64,000 nucleotides of DNA, from contig OZ024740.1 in NCBI GenBank assembly GCA_964016885.1, positions 234,856,001 to 234,920,000 of the forward strand, in the 5' to 3' direction. The translations under genes and the position numbers were made by a program. The first letter of the stretch is position 1, and every line of letters begins with the position of its first letter. Positions 45,720 to 59,165 of this stretch are shown one piece after another. The notes below the pieces were generated by a model. It was not told where the DNA came from. It saw only the letters and a list, made by a program, of their open reading frames with translations, and made no database searches. Origin of the DNA: Eledone cirrhosa. Lineage: Eukaryota.

Positions 45720-46950
45720 TAATGAAGCTACAACACGTCCAGAAAGAAGATTTGTTCTTGAAGGAGTTACAGCGTTGTGTAATATGGACATAACAGCTCT
45801 GTCAGAAACAAGGCTCGTAGGTGAGGGTCCTTTTACGGAACAGGTCAGCGGCCACACATTTAACTGGGGTGGTAAAGGGGAGGAGAGTATAGGGTCGGTG
45901 GAATCATTTCTGAATGGTCAATTTAGCTTTTTGCAATCTAAAATCGTCAGAAAACTTCGATATGCGATAAACGTAACATGTACATAAATTGTAGCGCATA
46001 TACAAATACATGTGTGTTTTGGTAGTTTCGGGAGAAAAATATAATTTTGGGGGGTGGGGGTGGGATGTCATGCCACCCCCACCCCTACCCTTACCCCCAG
46101 TTCCACTGCCTCTGGTGTAGCTTTGCCAGTGAAAACAACTTTTGTATCGTGTCTGGAAAACTCCCTGTAGAGTTACTGACAGACTTCTGTTAGCGAATAG
46201 CCGATATGTAATTCGTGTTAGCATTTACGCTCCCACTATGTCTACACCCGTTGTTTGAAAGGTTTTTTTTTTTTTTTTGTTGTGCTGAGCTGACAAACTC
46301 ATCATCCGTGATAACTTCAATGTACGAGTAAGTTAACCGGAGTTTCTGATCATACAATTTTATGTCTGGTTCTATGTATGGTTTTCCTGGTGCTGCCTGG
46401 TACATGGCCACAATCTTTTTCAAGATGATTGTTAAACCAAGCGCAGAACACTCACTGCTGAAAAAGTCCTTTAGGTGTTGCGTATCTTCCTATGCGTGTG
46501 TAAAAAGATCGCAGTCATCTGTGTACATATATTTTGACCTTTGTACTGGCACCAAAGTGTCTTGTGTTGATAAGCTTCCCAGATGTACGAAACCTGATGT
46601 ATATTCCATGTCGACAGTCTTTAAAAGACATTAGAAATACCACTGCAAAGTGAAAACAGTGATGATGTTGTTATGTCGCCCTGTTTGACGCAATAAATTC
46701 TGACTTATTTTCACCAATATTCTGCTAGTCTTTGATGTCATCATGAATGTGACGCAGGAATGCCAAAATGTTGTCCGGGTAGCCAATCCTTCCAAATATT
46801 TTCCAAAGAACTTCTCTAATAACTAAGTCAAATACCCTTGTCAGGTCAACGAATACTTAAAACAGATCTCTTTGTTCCATACACTTTTCCTGGAGCTGTC
46901 TTACCGAAAGTATCGTGTCCACTGTGTCTCTGCTCCGTCTAAAACCATGT
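45720..46950. mobile_element. Rearranged RTE-clade LINE fossil: endonuclease fragments on +, RT fragment on -
   Basis: Plus strand: RPERR, DITALSETR, GHTFNWGGKG, IYAPT. Minus strand 46290-46950: GFRRSRDTVD, RQLQEKCMEQ, FVDLTRVFD. Confidence 0.7.
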
Positions 46951-47949
46951 ATGTATGTATATTAGCTTTCTTTTTAGATTATTTGAAGAATTCCGATAAA
47001 GGAACTAGTTTCTAACAAAGAAACAATGCTCTATGTATGGAATTTAGATAAGAACAAGAGCTGTAAAGAGTGGCGTGTTTAGTAAAATTTTAGTAAAATT
47101 TTGCACATTTTTACTGTTCTGCTCACCAGTCTTATCTGTAAGATGTATGTTAGTTGGGCACTTTCAAAAATTCCATCTTTTTTTCTTTATACTTAGATAC
47201 TAACATAGCCAAATGTATCAATGGCATGGCATGAACCCTTAACCTTTGTTGGAGTCGTAGGGGCGCCGTCGTGACATACGAGCATTTAATACTGGAGAAG
47301 CACATCCTTTACCAAGTCTTAACACAGCCGATTTCTTCTAGAAAAGAAGGAGACACAGGAGAGGGGTAAGTAATTAAGAATCAACCCACTATTGGACGTA
47401 CTTTATTTATCGACCTCGAAAGGCCGAAAAGAAAACTTGACCTCGGCAAGATTTGAACTCAGAGCACAGAAAGCCGAGGTGGATACTGAAAACTATTCTA
47501 TCCGACGTTCTAACGACTGCCAATTCGCTGGTTAAAAAAAAGTTTGTTTTTTTGTTTTGTATTATTTTTTTCCATCAGCGATGAAATTAGCATTTTTCAA
47601 TACGTTTTGGCCGTACAAATTTGTCGTTAGTTTTTCCCTAGCTCATATTTTTTTAATGATATGATAGCTGTTATTCTTTTTGGCATTTTTTGAAGACTTC
47701 ATGTCGAAAACGGTAAAAAACGATCAAAATCGAATGCAATCTTGCGGCAAATGTCACTTCAACAGCGTCCGCCAATTTTTTTTTGTATGTGAACTTTATA
47801 ATACCTGGTTCCCCATATCTTGTGTGAAGATTAGTAATTAGTAAAAGACAAACGAAAAATTGGGTTAACCCTTGTAGAAATCTTACCAATCAAATCCAAA
47901 CGAAAAATACGCCCCTAGTAAACTCAAACCAAAATGCCGTACTACCACA

Positions 47950-50390
47950 TTCCAGTTAGATTAACAATTCTTTCAAATTCTCTCAAGAAAGTTTAATTCT
48001 CAAAAGAGTGCCAAAGGCATCAAGAATTCAAGCAGCTAAATTTCTGAGTGAAATTCTTAACAAAATTCTGTGGGAAAATGAACAAAGCCTTGTGGGTAAA
48101 TATTTTCAATTTCGTTAGGAAATGTTTTCGTAACACAAATCGTGATGGAAAAAATATCCAAATCTTTAACAACAGTAGAGAACTTTTAAATTTGTGAATA
48201 TACAAGGATATATAAGAATTCAAGAATCAAAGAAACCAAATGAAAAATCTATATATTCTATAGCTGCCCTCGTATCCTTCAAAACCACACATGTGGCGAT
48301 GTGAAAGAAACCGCCAGAATTACTTCTTCGGACTGTTCGCTTCTCTCTTATTTTCAGTTCGAGAAGAAACCATCGGAAGTTCTCAATTATTTTAACTTCC
48401 AAGCTCTCCATCGGATGACTATTGTTCAGGAAGTTAATCAATTTCGATAGAGGACAAAGGGTAAAAATCAATTTTTTCCCCTTCAAAAACGGGTTTCTTC
48501 AGATAGTTTCTTACCACAGTATCTGAAAGACTTCGTTTGGGATTCTCTCATTAAAGTACCACGAAGCTTTCTAGAAACTCTGGCAAAGGTTGTTAGTGAG
48601 ATGGTGCAACTTTACTAGCGTTATCGAAAGACGAGTTGTGGGGTGTGCTGCATCGCCATTGATAATATGCTAAAACTTGAAGATACGTACGAGCAGATTA
48701 TCAGGAATTATATCAACCAAATTTCAGCCTAATCAAATGGAAGTCGGCATGACCTTAGGAGCATAAGTGGCCTCCCATTTTCTGAAAAGATATATAAACC
48801 ACCAAAACAACGAAGAATGTGTTATTCACAAAACAGACTTCAAAAATGCCTTTAATAAAACAAGGATGGTGAATTGACAGAATATTTAGAGTATCGGATA
48901 AAATGCTATTACGGTTTTTTTTTTTGGCTCTACCTTCTTCGTTCAAATCCCACCGAGGACAACTTTGCCTTTCATCCTTCCAGGGTCAATAAAATAAAGT
49001 ATCAGTCAAATACTGGAGTTGATTTAATAAACTTTGCCCTTTCTCCAAGTTTGCTGGCCTTGTGTCAAAACTAGAAATCATTGTAACTAGAAAAGGAATT
49101 ATTCTGGGACAGCTTTCTAAAAGATATCCTCTAAATTTCTTTTATTTATCTTTCAAGCACGTTCGATGTTTTCTTTGCTTTTTTCACGAAGATCAAATTA
49201 TGTTTTCAAACGAGAGAGTTTAACGAAGCAATCCTATAAATCCCCTCCTGTTTTCTCTAGTCCTTACGGATAATATCAAATGCATGAGAGATCTAAAGCT
49301 ATGGTATTTAAACAACGTTACACAATGGGGTGAAGCAAGTACAGTTCTTTCAAAGTTGTCACAGATTTCAGAAGCTGACAAAAATCTGGGATTAAAATTA
49401 AACCCGTCAAAATGCAAATTACTTTTCATGAATTCAAGTTATAAATAGGCACAATTAACTTTGAATGACTTAAATGTCGCCGCCTGGGGAATCAAGCTAA
49501 CGGATGTATCAAATTTAACCCTTTTAGGAGATCCAGGTCATTCCTCTGCTGTTGACTGAGGCCTGGAAACAAAACTTGATAACTCAAAATGTATGGCAGT
49601 GAGATTAAGATAAATGCACATCCTTTTCTTCCTCGTGAATTGTTTTGCTTTGCCAATCCTTCAACTCAAATATTTTCCCTTAACCATCCTTTAACTCAAA
49701 TATTTTCCCTTAACCAGACTTTAGAAAAAAATCCTCAATTTTAAATATTAAATCAAACGTAGGCTCAGAGTTAATTAGCTGTCATTTGGCGTGGAAGCTA
49801 CAAAAGATGTTTCTTTGTTATTATCTGTATAACCCACATATTACCTTTCCAGATTATTTCATAAGAGTGAAAAATTTCCAAATGCCTATTTCATGTAGTA
49901 AAAAAAAAATGAGAAACGACAAAACATTTTCAATATAACAGCTTATGATAGAAAACTTGTAGCATTTGTTTAGGCTCCTTGCAATATCAGTTGAATACTA
50001 GTCGGGCTTGTTGAACGTAATTCCGATTCTTTCACTTGGTCTAAAGATAGACAAACTCCACCTCAGGATCACGCGTCTTTCCATCACAGTCATTCTTTTT
50101 GACAACTTTATTCACATTTCAAAGGCGACACTCGGGTGAAAAGAGATTGAATACATAGATTGAGAGATTGAGATGTTTAGTAAACATAGGCAAACATTCA
50201 AATCAATGCTCTTATCAAAAGAGCTTTCTTTTCTGCTAACATACCTAACATCTGTGCTAAAGGGAAATGCCCTAACGGCATGTCGATAATTATTTCCATA
50301 TAAGATATAATAGGATACTTGTGTGCGACTTGTCAAGACAGTCATCTACAGCTATATGGCTACTTCTTCATTAACTTTTGGGAAGACAAC
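47950..50390 (+). mobile_element. Highly degenerate CRE-type (RLE) non-LTR retrotransposon interrupted by a SINE (48868-49080)
   Basis: Remnants DFKNAFN, PLLFSL, LWYLNN (YLDD), GLKLNPSKC, NCFALP, SLGLKID, CPNGMS (RPDG), in the same order as 54335-55830. Confidence 0.6.
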
Positions 50391-50513
50391 AAGGAATCCA
50401 GAAAATGTGGAATCATTCAAGATATCACACTGTGATATTGAACATAGGACCTTATGATTATGAAGTGAATTTCTTAACTGTTTGGCCATACTGCTTCCAC
50501 TTACTACAGAATA

Positions 50514-50711
50514 AGAGGGTCGGCTCAAAAGTCCATAACCTGACCAAGATACTCTAATGGAATGACCAAATGAGGTTTATTTTTCAACACCGTCCCCGGA
50601 AAGAAACAATGCAGTTATTAATAAGAAGAGTTGAAATTAGTGCATGTAAGATTTCGAAGCTCTAGTATCATTCCTTCTTAGTCAGCCAATGAACTTTTCA
50701 GCTGACCCTCG
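50514..50711. mobile_element. Mariner-derived MITE; related fragments at 7440-7810
   Basis: TA|agagggtcggctcaaaagtccat ... atgaacttttcagctgaccctcg|TA. Confidence 0.75.
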
Positions 50712-51163
50712 TACGCCTAGAAACAATGGGACCATGGATGTTCATTAATAAAAATTCACCAAGAAGTAAATATGTCGGGTAAAATGTTACCAGTAGCATT
50801 AACTTAACATAGCGTGATTTGTAATATTAAGGCATATACGATGTGTTTGTGAATAATAAACATATATAAGTCTCACTGTGAATATTGTAAGCTTTGATCA
50901 TGTCATGGCTATCTCCGTAGCCATGTGGTAATGTTAGTTTCTGGATTTTTATCCGTCGTCGATAATGTTTACTCACTCGGTACTGAGACAGGAATAAGCT
51001 ATAGCTTATATACTTTTATGCTTATACATATACATATCGTATATGCCTTCATATATACCTCTATTATGATTTACACCATGTTAGTGCTCGCACTATATCT
51101 AAATCAGCATATCGAGCAGATGCTTCTTATGCAATGTATGTATGTATTCGTATGTATGTATGT

Positions 51164-51251
<88 letters not shown>

Positions 51252-51343
51252 GTGTATAGTGGTAGCTATGGTGCTTCCATGGGCGGTATGCCAAAATTAG
51301 CACTCGATATCCATCAGAGTAGAGTGTGGATATAAATAAAAAT

Positions 51344-51654
51344 GAAAAATCAGTGATGTATCTGGACTTAGTTTATTCCGTGTTACAAATGTTTCGCCGG
51401 CATGTAGCTCGAGTCATGGTCCTTGTATGGATCTGGCTGATTCTACTTCTGCGGGTTCTTTCAGACACGGGTGTTACGTCCGGAGCAAAATTTATCACAG
51501 TGATAAAATTTGCTCCGGACGTAACACCCGTGTCTGAAAGAACCCGCAGAAGTAGAATCATCCAGATCCATACAAGGACCATGACTCGAGTTACATGCCG
51601 GCGAAACATTTGAAACACGAAATAAACTAAGTCCAGATGCATCACTGATTTTTC
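51344..51654. mobile_element. 311-bp near-perfect palindrome with a hammerhead motif in each arm
   Basis: Centre 51499; minus strand of left arm CCGTGT-CTGAAAGA-...TGCCGGC-GAAA-CA-TT-TG-TA/ACACGG (51378-51470). Confidence 0.75.
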
Positions 51655-51772
51655 GTTTCCTTTATAATATATATATATATGTGAATATATATATATATGT
51701 TTTTGTTAGTTTCAGAAGATTCCGTTAAGGGTGAAAGCAGCGATTCTTTGCTTAAACTTTAATCTGTTATTT

Positions 51773-51826
<54 letters not shown>

Positions 51827-51859
51827 GTATTAGGTTCACGCTTGGTGGAAGTGGAGGAG

Positions 51860-51897
51860 ATTTCAACGTTACAGACTTATGTCCTTCATCAGGAAAG
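51860..51897 (-). ncRNA. Degenerate minimal hammerhead
   Basis: TTTC-CTGATGA-A-GGAC-ATAA-GTCT-GTAA(for GAAA)-CG-TT/GAAA. Confidence 0.5.
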
Positions 51898-52315
51898 TTA
51901 AAATAAGGGGAGAAAGAACAGGATCTCCGAGAGGGAGCAAGGAGGGTTGTAAAGAGTGAACACACACGCGCGATCACACGCACGCACACATCTCTCTCTC
52001 TCTCTCTATATATATATATTTTTTTTTTTTCGCCGAAAATAAGTAAGTGACATAGTCACTACTTTAAAACTGATAGCATATGGTCTTCTAAATGTTTTTA
52101 ATTAAAAATACGGTATATTGCCAAATATACTATACATACATTCATGCATACATCGCTATTTTAGAGCACCAATACCTAATTTTTGCTGGCCCGGCAATCG
52201 CTCTGTATAATCAGCTCCTGATTATTACAGGAATTCTATAAGAATCGAATTTCTATAATTTTCGGCGGAGGCAGGGGCGTGTGTGGTTTTGATAAACACC
52301 AACCAACGAGAAACA

Positions 52316-52571
52316 TATATAAAGTTTAAAGTTTGAAAGCCACGACAACGTGAAATGAACGAATAAATAAAGAGTGACACGGCAGCATGGTATAGCATGT
52401 TACATCTGACACTGGATTAGTCCCTTTTATTTTCCTCGGAAGAAGGGATTTTAATCTCGAAATATCAGGTCATATAAATAAATTTTGGTAAAACACACAA
52501 CACCTCGTTTCACCGTTTATTTTGTCTTCCATTTCACATTGTCGTGGCTTTCAAACTTCAAACTTTTTATA
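52316..52571. mobile_element. Inverted repeat with a hammerhead-like motif in the spacer (52434-52469, plus); same family as 32773-33135
   Basis: gaaagccacgacaacgtg / cacattgtcgtggctttc arms; CCT-CGGAAGA-A-GGGATT-TT-AATCTC-GAAA-TA-TC/AGG. Confidence 0.65.
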
Positions 52572-52579
52572 CCATACCC

Positions 52580-52876
52580 CAGAGATCCCCAACCACCGAT
52601 CCTTGGATCATTTGCTACCTGGCGGCAAAGAAATAATTAGCTTGTTTAAAATTATATAATAGATAAATTGGATATTGGACTTTAATTTTCAAAGATTTAC
52701 ATGAGAGTCAAAAGGTTATGCACTTTTTCTTCCCCTTAATAAATTGCTCTTTTTATTATTGCTCTCTTTATCGAAATGCACTTAAATAACACATACGTAC
52801 AACTACCGGTCTGCGGAAAGATTGTCCGGCATGAAGCCGGTCCGTGGTATAAAAAAAAAAAGGTTGGAGACCACTG
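52580..52876. mobile_element. hAT (Charlie-like) MITE
   Basis: cagagatccccaacc / ggttggagaccactg; TSD ccataccc / ccatacac. Confidence 0.75.
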
Positions 52877-52923
52877 CCATACACAATGCTTCAAGCAAAC
52901 TACAAATTCTTCCTATATATATG

Positions 52924-53053
<130 letters not shown>

Positions 53054-53056
53054 TGC

Positions 53057-53104
<48 letters not shown>

Positions 53105-54007
53105 AGATTCAGGACCCCGACGGCTGAGCTCCAGGCGTTTCGACAGCTAAATCCGAAATAAGCCCCCAGTATTAGAACGGCGGGAATTAGCTGAACTTAT
53201 CAATGAGTACAATCCATATATGGGCATGCAGTCAAAGGAAAAAAAGCAAAAAATCTTAAAAGTTTGTTGTTTTTCTTGTTTTTCTCCGGGAGTGGTCAGT
53301 GATTTGGGGGTGAGCGTTTTACTCCAGATCAAATGGCTCGTTTAGTCCTGCTAAACGTCATGTATATACTTTATTACCTTCTTCGAACTGACCTGAAAGT
53401 GCCAAGCCGAGTACTCTGGTGGGTTATGGTTCACCTGGTATCTTACCACACCCTCTATATATATACCTCACACATAATAAATAATAATTGGCGGATTCTC
53501 CAACAATTCAATCACGATGTCGCCGCCTTTTATCTGCTTAAAAGGTTAATTGTTTAAATTAAATGAGTGTTTCTTTAATGTTCTGTCATGGCTGTCATCT
53601 ACTGCCCGCACAATCGTGATTGTAATGCTGTTGTTACTCGAAGGGACTGGATTGGTTTAGTCCAATCAAACAAACGTTCTCTGGAAACATTTTTAATAGT
53701 TGAATAGTAAGGGCAACACAGTCTTATTCGAGTAAAACAAGAGCTCTCAAGGCAGTCAAGGCCAGATTAAAGTAGCTAGGAACCCTAGTCTAAAGAACGC
53801 GTGAAGGCTGCAACACCTGCTCCCAAGAAACTTAAGGGAAATTAAAGGAACATGAATATAGGCCTGCACATAGAATTATATTTCAGCATCGACCCATAAC
53901 GACCTTTAAAACAGAGGTGATGAAGGACACATTAATAAAAGGCAATGTATTTTACAACTGATATGATCTATATATAAATTTGAGCGACTTCCGTCCGTCC
54001 GTCAATC

Positions 54008-54290
54008 ACACACTAGAGATGACTGATGAAGGACGGGGTGATGACGTCACACACTAGAAATGATTGAGGAAGGAAGGGGTGATGAGGTCACACACTAGAG
54101 ATGATTGAGGAAGGAAGGGATGATAACGTCACGCACTAGGGATGACTGATGAAGGAAGGGGTGATGACGTCACGCACTAGGGATGACTAATGAAGGAAGG
54201 GGTGATGACGTCACGCACTAGAGATGATTGAGGAAGGAAGGGATGATGACGTCACGCACTAGAGATGATTGAGGAAGGACGGAGTGATGA
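54008..54290 (+). repeat. 41-bp minisatellite, 7 units
   Basis: cacactagagatgactgatgaaggacggggtgatgacgtca; ctag at 54013, 54054, 54095, 54136, 54177, 54218, 54259. Confidence 0.95.
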
Positions 54291-54334
54291 GAAACTACAG
54301 AAAACGGCGTCTATCATTCACTGCAATCGTGTTT

Positions 54335-55830
54335 ACAACCCTCTCAATGTTTGGTAACTGGATGATGTTACGTTGGGCGGGCCCGTACAGACTGTCTGCC
54401 ATGACCTACAATCGGTGGTTCCTGCCCTGGCGGGAATCGGCCTCCAGGTCAACTCGGCCAAGTCGGAGGTGGTGAATATCAGCCACGATGCTGAGAGCTT
54501 TGCAGCCTCCGTCTCGGACGTGCGGTCCATACTCCACCAAGTATAGGTGACCGCCAAAGAGGATGTCCTCATCCTCGGGTCATCGATCCACCCGCCGGCC
54601 ATCCGCTCCACCATCAGGTCCAGGCTTCAACAACTCTAGACTCTCACGAGCCGACTGGGCTTGATCGACGGCCTCAGCCCTCTTTCTGTTGAGGAACTGC
54701 TTCGCCATGCCGAAGCTCCTCTATACCCTTCGCAGCGCTCCGTGCTACACGCACACATCTCTCCTCGTTGACCTCGATACTTGTATCCGAGAAGCAGCCG
54801 AGGAGATATGCTACGTTAAGTTTGACGACATTGGATGGCAACAGGCCACTTTACCTGTCAGGTATGGTGGCCTTGACCTCCGGTCCCCGATCTCACTGGC
54901 TTTGCCGGCGTATCTTTCGTCGGTAACCTCGTGCCGCGTCCTCGTCAGCAGGGTTCTTCAAAACACAATAGAACCCTCTGTGTTCAGAGAACGTATGGCC
55001 GCCTGTGAGTCGGCGTCCCTCCTCCTTCTTCCCCTGTTGACGTCAAGTCCCCCCCCCCAAAAAAAAGCACTTTGATGCCATTCGGTGCATCCTGGCCTCA
55101 GACAGGCTCACGATCCAGCTCGACTAGCACCGCCTTGCCTGTTTTCGTGCGGCTTCCAAACCCCACAGTGGTGCCTGGCTCCATGCTATCCCCTCCTTCT
55201 CCACTGGCACGCAGCTAGACAACAATAGCCTGCGCATCGGCGTTTCCTTGAGGCTCGGCCTCCGGATCTGCGAGCCACACCAATGTCGCTGCGGATCTAC
55301 CGTGGACCCTTTCGGCCTCCAGCCGCTTTCCTGTCGCCACAGTCCCGGCCGCATTACACGCCATGCTGCCCTCAACGAGGTGAAGTCATAAAGCATGGCT
55401 TGGACGCTGCAGGCTTCCTTTCCCAGCTCGAGCCAGTGGGGTTGGACCGAGGGGACGGCAAAAAGCCAGATGGCATGACCATCTTCCCGTTCCGCGGTGG
55501 CAAAGCCCTCGTCTGGGATGCCACTTGCACCGACACTTTCTGCAGCCGCAACATGGTGCAGTCTGCGACTAACCCGGGTTCTGCTGCACGTCGGGCTGAG
55601 GAGGTTAAACTCCTCAAATACCGGTCGCTCTCCAACAGGTTTGCGGTTGTACCCCTGGCAGTGGAGACTTCTGGTGTCCTCGGCCCTAGGGCTACCTCCC
55701 TACTCCCCACCATAGGCACTGAGCTGGCCAGCAGCAAGTGTGAGCCCCGCAGGTTGGAGTGGCTTTTCCAGCGCGTCTCCCTTGCCGTCCTCCGGGGAAA
55801 CGCCTTCTCCATTTTGACCGCCGGGGCTGG
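54335..55830 (+). mobile_element. 5'-truncated CRE-type non-LTR retrotransposon (RT end, zinc finger, restriction-like endonuclease), pseudogenised
   Basis: LNVW*LDDVTLGG (YLDD), LRNCFAMPKLLY, QATLPVRYGGL, CRCG zinc finger, EPVGLDRGDGKKPDG..F..GKALVWDATCTDT, PLAVETSG, QRVSLAVLRGNA. Confidence 0.85.
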
Positions 55831-56614
55831 GGGGGGGGGGGGGGGGGGCATCGCATATCATTCCATTATGTTTTGGATGATTACGAAGACGTAATTGAGT
55901 TAACGAAGACGTTATTAAGTTGACGATGTCGGATTATAAAGAATTATGCTCTGAAAAAAAAATAATAAAAAAGTTACCAACATCATGATGAATAAGGCTA
56001 TCGCCATGACAACGGCGACATCTATATATATATATATATATTTGATATTTGAGCGATTTCCATCCGTTACACAATGTGTGTGTGTGTGCACGCGTGTTTG
56101 TGTGAATGTATGTCTGAGTGTGTATTTTTGTAAGTGTGTCTGTGTTTGCGCGTTTATATCTATATACTCATATATATAAAAGTATGCATATGCACATACA
56201 CACACGCACAGACATATACATATACGCGTCAGCGTGTTGAAAAACATTCTAGTATTATAAATTTTGACAAAGCTGATGTGTTTTATTATATATGTTTTAA
56301 TATATATTTTAATATATATTTAACATGCGACACGATACCCTGGACTACAAAGGCTTGGATTAAAACCTATGGACTACGAGGTCCTGGGCTGCAACCCATA
56401 TAAACTATATGTAAATCTCAGTTGAGTAGGCAATATCCGGGCAATTATTTCTCATTGCATGTCAGATTCAGTTCGTTAACATCGAGATTACAGAATACCA
56501 TTTCACTCACAAATCAGCTCCACATATTTTTCAATACCAAAGTCAACATGAATGGATGGATATAATCCTATTACGGCCAGACTGCCTATAAATCTGTTGG
56601 TAATATTATAGTCA

Positions 56615-56775
56615 GGCCGCGAATTGACAGAGCCGTTAGAACGTCGGATAGAATGCTTTACGGTATTTGTTCCGGCTCTCTGCTCTCTGAGTTCAAATCC
56701 CGCCGAGGTCAACTTTGCTTTTCATCCTTTCGAGGTCGATAAAAAAAAGTACCAGTCTAGTACCGGCGTCGATTC
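56615..56775 (+). mobile_element. tRNA-derived SINE
   Basis: A-box-like head, gagttcaaatcccgccgaggtcaactttgc core. Confidence 0.8.
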
Positions 56776-57324
56776 TTTCTCTATATCTCTGGAAGAAATC
56801 TGCTGTACTCAGGCCTGGAGAGGCGATGGGCTCCGCCAGGTTTAAAATGCCCAAGAAACGCCGTATGTCAATACGGCGACCCTACGACTCTATCAGGAGT
56901 TACGGAACCATACAATATTATTCTCTCCTGATTCTATGTTTTTCAGATATTGCTTTGTTTGTTTGTTGTGACATCCATTGTGGGATGGAAAGGCTTTCCT
57001 TAGGTAAAATCTCTTCAAATACCTCTTTTATGCCTCTGCAGATAGTATCATAAATCTTGTCAGAGTCTTCATCAGATTGCAAAACTGAAAAGCGGTTTTG
57101 CAGCTCGAGTTTAAATCGGTTTGCTGTTTCGTTACATGAGAGTTTGTTTAAGTTAACTTTCGATGGTATTTTAGTTCTTTATGGCCAAACAAAGTTGAGG
57201 CGAAATCTCGTGCACACCATACGATGGTCAGATATATCAGGAGTGTTAAGGGCAGTGCTGTCTAATATGCTTAGTTTTGCTGAAGATTTTCTTACTATTA
57301 TACATCAACCCAGTATAGAATAGC

Positions 57325-59165
57325 AACGGCTGAATTCAAAAAAATCGTTATATCAGACAAACTTAAGCAAATGTACAACAACATTGAGGAGCTGAATAAC
57401 CTACCACCCAACAGGTTACATCATGTTGTTCTGAAGAGACTAAAGACTAAACCCAGAAATCTCAGCTGGGGCATTAAAGATTCTAACGATACTATTCTTA
57501 CTTCCAAAGATGAAATCCTTGAACGCTGGGCTAAATTCTATGAAGAACTGTACTGCAGCAACTCAGAACAAACAACCATTCATGATTCGATATCAGATGC
57601 CATTCCATCTATCTTAGCTAGCAAGATATCTCATGCCATCAACAGTCTGAAGTGAGGAAAAAGCCCTGGACTGGACAACATATACTCAGAATTCATCAAA
57701 GCTGGAGATGAAGCAATTATCAAAGGACTTCAACATCTTTTTAACTGTAGTATCACTACAGGAAAAAACCCAGACATGTTCAAGAAAACATTGATAGTTG
57801 TACTCAACAAAAAAGGTAGCAGACTTGATTGTGGGAACTATCGTCCTATCAGCTTATTGAGACACGTTTACAAGCTTTTCATGACTATCATTGCAGCACG
57901 AGTGAAGTCAGACCTTTACGCCTCATTTCCTGAAACACAAGCTGTGTATCAACTTGGAACAGACACCATTGAGCAGATCCTAGCTATTGAACAAATCATT
58001 GAGAAATCAATAGAATTCAACAACCCTGTGCACATCACCTTCATTGATTTCACAAAAGCTTTTGACAACGCGAAACTACCCAGCTTGTGACAACTCTTAA
58101 ACAAGACCTCAATTAACAAAAAATACATCGACCTATTGAAAGAAACTTACACCAACTCAACAGCATATATCAAAACAGATTTGGGAACTACATGCTGTAT
58201 AGACATCTTGAAGGGAGTTAAGTAGGGAGATGTACTGTCAGCACTTCTTTTCTGTATAGTTATAGCTGCACTTATCTACCAAATTGAAGAAGAATGCTCT
58301 TCTGGCTATCAAATAGGAGGTAAAATCCTATCAAATATTAGCTATGCAGACAATCTGGCCATCATGAGTTACTCTAGAACTGATCTGCAAGACTTTCTGA
58401 ATGTACTGGCCAAACATTCGCTGGGGGCTGGCTTATGCATCAACATCTCCAAAACAAAATGTATGACAACTGATAAAAACAATGCCAATCGCCAACTCAC
58501 AATCTAAAACCAGCAAATTTCTCAAATTACAGAGTTTGTATATCTCGGTCACAAACTATCATCAAACAACAGTGGAATGGTTGCTGCGCAGTATCGCATC
58601 GCTCTGGGTTGGGCAGCTTTCAATAAGAACAAGGAAGTACAAACATCAAAACGAGTTTCCTATCATTTGAAGGCTAAGATCTTTGGTACTTACATCCTAC
58701 CAGTTGTGTAATATGGTCTTGACTGTGTTAATTGGACGACAAGGTCACTTCAGAAGTTCTCTACATTCCAGAACCACATCATGAGACTTATGACTGGCAA
58801 GCAGCTCAGCGACCGTATCTGTATCAGTGAGCTGCTCAACATTACCAAACTTCGACCAATTACATCAATTGTCAAGTCAAGAGTACTCAAACTATACAGT
58901 CATATAAAAAGATCAACTCGTGGTGTGAGTAGGTTATGCCTGGAAGGAAGGTTGGCTGGTAAGAGAAGCAGAGGCCGGCAACCAAAACGATGGCTTGACA
59001 ATGACAACTTATGGACTGGACTTGATCTTTGCTTTGAACTCTGCTGCTGGTGATCGAACTTTGTGGAGAGAGATATAGCATGTTGATGCGCAGTCTGCAA
59101 CTGGCGGAGTTTAGCGTCACAAGAACAATATTATAGTCATAGTTACACTCATCAGTCCAACTGAA
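57325..59165 (+). mobile_element. 5'-truncated RTE-clade LINE (RT), pseudogenised
   Basis: ERWAKFYEELY, KSPGLDNI, KKGSRLDCGNYRPISLL, FIDFTKAFD, KGVK*GDVLS, YADNL, KRSRGRQPKRW; in-frame stops. Confidence 0.9.

Noticed and set aside
54008-54290. Possible CRISPR array or hammerhead array (contains CTGATGA)
   Set aside because: Contiguous units without unique spacers, eukaryotic context, and no stem II-GAAA geometry
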